Source: an uncultured SAR86 cluster bacterium
GTDB lineage: Bacteria > Pseudomonadota > Gammaproteobacteria > Magnimaribacterales > D2472
Length of the DNA: 64,000 bases
Direction of reading: 5' to 3'
Assembly: GCA_902520725.1 (NCBI GenBank)
Contig: CABYPB010000003.1
Location: forward strand, 9,911 to 73,910
This document shows, one piece after another, positions 62,521 to 64,000 of this stretch. Every line of letters starts with the position of its first letter. The first letter of the stretch is position 1. The notes below the pieces were generated by a model. The model did no database searches. It saw nothing but the letters and a program-made list of their open reading frames with translations, and had not been told where the DNA came from. Made by a program: the position numbers and the translations under genes.

Positions 62521-63137
62521 GAGAGTTTTATTACTTTTGATATATTTAAAGTCTCTAATTGATTAGTGTCATGCGTTACCAATACACAAGGTATTTGTAT
62601 TTTTTCAATAAAATTTGAAATTAACTTTTGAGCATTTACTATATTTTGAGAATCTAAGTTTGAGAATGGCTCATCCAGGAGTAGGGCAGATGGCTTCATA
62701 AGTATAGACCTTGCTATTGCAACTCTTTGTTTTTGCCCTCCAGACATTTCATGAGGCATTTTTTTCATACAATTAAAAAGACCCAACGAATCTACAACTG
62801 GATTATAAAAATCCAAAAGATCTTTCGACAAAGCATACTTTATATTTTTTTCTGCATTAATATGAGGAAACAGAGCAAAGTCCTGAAAAACGTAACCTAT
62901 GTTCCTTTTTTCTGGCTCAACAAATATATTTTCATCATTTAATATCTTTTCATTACAGATAATAGAGCCTTTATCAGGATTTTTTAGACCAGATATTATG
63001 TTTAATAATGTTGATTTTCCAATGCCACTCGTTCCAGCAACAAGACCAACTTCATTTTTTTCAATTTTGAAGTCTAAATTTTCGACCAAAAAACTGTGAT
63101 TGAAAGAAAAAGATAAATTTTTTATTTCTAAACTCAT
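62517..63137 (-). CDS. ABC transporter ATP-binding protein (single NBD, no adjacent permease or binding protein)
   Basis: Walker A GTSGIGKST, Q-loop VFQDFALFPH, signature MSGGQKQR, Walker B LLLDEP, and H-loop VTHD. ATG 63137 is preferred over the TTG at 63161. Confidence 0.8.
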   Translation of the reverse strand: MSLEIKNLSFSFNHSFLVENLDFKIEKNEVGLVAGTSGIGKSTLLNIISGLKNPDKGSIICNEKILNDENIFVEPEKRNIGYVFQDFALFPHINAEKNIKYALSKDLLDFYNPVVDSLGLFNCMKKMPHEMSGGQKQRVAIARSILMKPSALLLDEPFSNLDSQNIVNAQKLISNFIEKIQIPCVLVTHDTNQLETLNISKVIKLS

Positions 63138-63216
63138 ATTTATATGATTAATATATGTCAATTTTGTATATAATGCTTCTGTTTTTTTAACTGTATTTCA
63201 ACTAGTCTGATGACAT

Positions 63217-64000
63217 ATGTATACCTATAAAATCTATAATAATGTTTCCGCTGAGGGTATAGACTTCTTAGAGGAAAATGGACTTACAAAAGAAGAAGAA
63301 AATCCAGACGCTCTTTTGATTCGGAGTCATGTAATTAATGAAAATGATTTCAATAAATCTTTAAAATGTATATGCAGAGCAGGCGCTGGTGTGAATCATA
63401 TACCTATTAGTCTGGCTACTGACAAAGGAGTAGTAGTTTTTAATACTCCTGGCGGAAATGCAAATGCAGTAAAGGAATTAGTTATATGTGGGTTACTGCT
63501 ATCATCAAGAGGAATAATACAAGGACATCAGTTTGCTCAATCTCTTTCAAATGAAATTGATGATGAGTTAACACATTTAGTAGAGACAAATAAAAAAAAT
63601 TTTAAAGGAAACGAGTTAAAAGGTAAAACAATTGGAATAATTGGCTTGGGTGCAATCGGATCACTTGTGGCTCAATCAGTTGTTAATATGGGGATGAAGA
63701 TTATTGGATACGATCCAAATATTTCAATTGATGCAGCCTGGCAACTCCCAAAGGAGGTAGTAAAAGCAGATAGTCTCAAAGACCTACTATCAAATTCTGA
63801 TTATATATCTATTCATGTGCCTCTTATTGAAGAAACAAAGAATTTAATTTCTAATGATGTTTTAAAGTTTGTTAAGCCTGGTGCCAAATTAATAAATTTA
63901 TCAAGAGGGGCGATTGTTAACAATAAAGATGTACTTCGTGCACTAGAAAATAAGAAAATTAGCTCATTTGTAACTGATTTTCCTACGCCAGAAATGGTAA
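63217..64000 (+). CDS. serA: D-3-phosphoglycerate dehydrogenase-like D-isomer 2-hydroxyacid dehydrogenase, N-terminal part (continues beyond window end)
   Basis: Manual translation from ATG 63217: MYTYKIYNNVSAEGIDFLEENG ... CRAGAGVNHIP ... GKTIGIIGLGAIGSLVA (NAD fold) ... SIHVPL ... LINLSRGAIV. It is not in the ORF track because it is truncated. Confidence 0.75.
   Translation, partial: MYTYKIYNNVSAEGIDFLEENGLTKEEENPDALLIRSHVINENDFNKSLKCICRAGAGVNHIPISLATDKGVVVFNTPGGNANAVKELVICGLLLSSRGIIQGHQFAQSLSNEIDDELTHLVETNKKNFKGNELKGKTIGIIGLGAIGSLVAQSVVNMGMKIIGYDPNISIDAAWQLPKEVVKADSLKDLLSNSDYISIHVPLIEETKNLISNDVLKFVKPGAKLINLSRGAIVNNKDVLRALENKKISSFVTDFPTPEMV

Overview
Overview: this window is a dense, visibly AT-rich, almost wholly protein-coding stretch of a gammaproteobacterial chromosome. 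Block-by-block gene order matches what I recall for Pseudomonas and E. coli. Spacers are tiny or negative, which suggests a streamlined, probably marine, genome; the lineage is inference only.

Gene content: about 60 intact housekeeping CDS, in this order:
- bepA (truncated) / perM-iaaA / bcp
- dapA-bamC-purC
- iscR-iscS-iscU-iscA-fdx-iscX-ndk-rlmN-rodZ-ispG-hisS-yfgM-bamB-der
- sdhCDAB-sucAB-lpdA-sucCD
- MATE efflux / LbH acyltransferase / small wHTH protein
- msrB-murJ-ribF-ileS-lspA-ispH-ampD-ampG-vanZ-like
- groES-groEL
- small ORF-sodN-sodX
- corB-like and ypjD-like
- rpsP-rimM-trmD-rplS-xerD-dsbC-hom-thrC-prfB-lysS
- hypothetical-mdh / SDR-GST / nrdB-nrdA / glpK / lone ABC ATPase / serA-like (truncated)

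Not found: rRNA, tRNA, CRISPR, transposase, phage or defence genes. No intergenic spacer is long or GC-rich enough for a structured RNA gene. I did not find a convincing novel multi-gene system.

Most unusual signals:
1. Two ribosomal proteins of one operon carry long extensions built from the same acidic E/A/P tandem repeat: bS16 at its C-terminus and bL19 at its N-terminus. The bL19 extension additionally starts with an FtsY-like amphipathic [11 protein letters not shown] helix and contains a SAP/Rho_N-like helix-extended-helix motif.
2. An unlisted 52-codon ORF sits immediately upstream of the Ni-superoxide dismutase pair sodN-sodX. It encodes a His-rich mini membrane protein.
3. The isc operon lacks hscBA. 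A near-consensus IscR box overlaps a near-consensus promoter that would start transcription at the iscR GTG itself.

Lesser observations: prfB has no programmed frameshift, there are tandem NrdR boxes, ffh is absent from its usual locus, and convergent genes overlap with no terminator space.

Several ORF-track starts were trimmed on homology grounds: lspA, ispH, ampG, vanZ-like, corB-like, glpK and the ABC ATPase. All family assignments come from reading motifs by eye and from memory of reference proteins; no searches were run.
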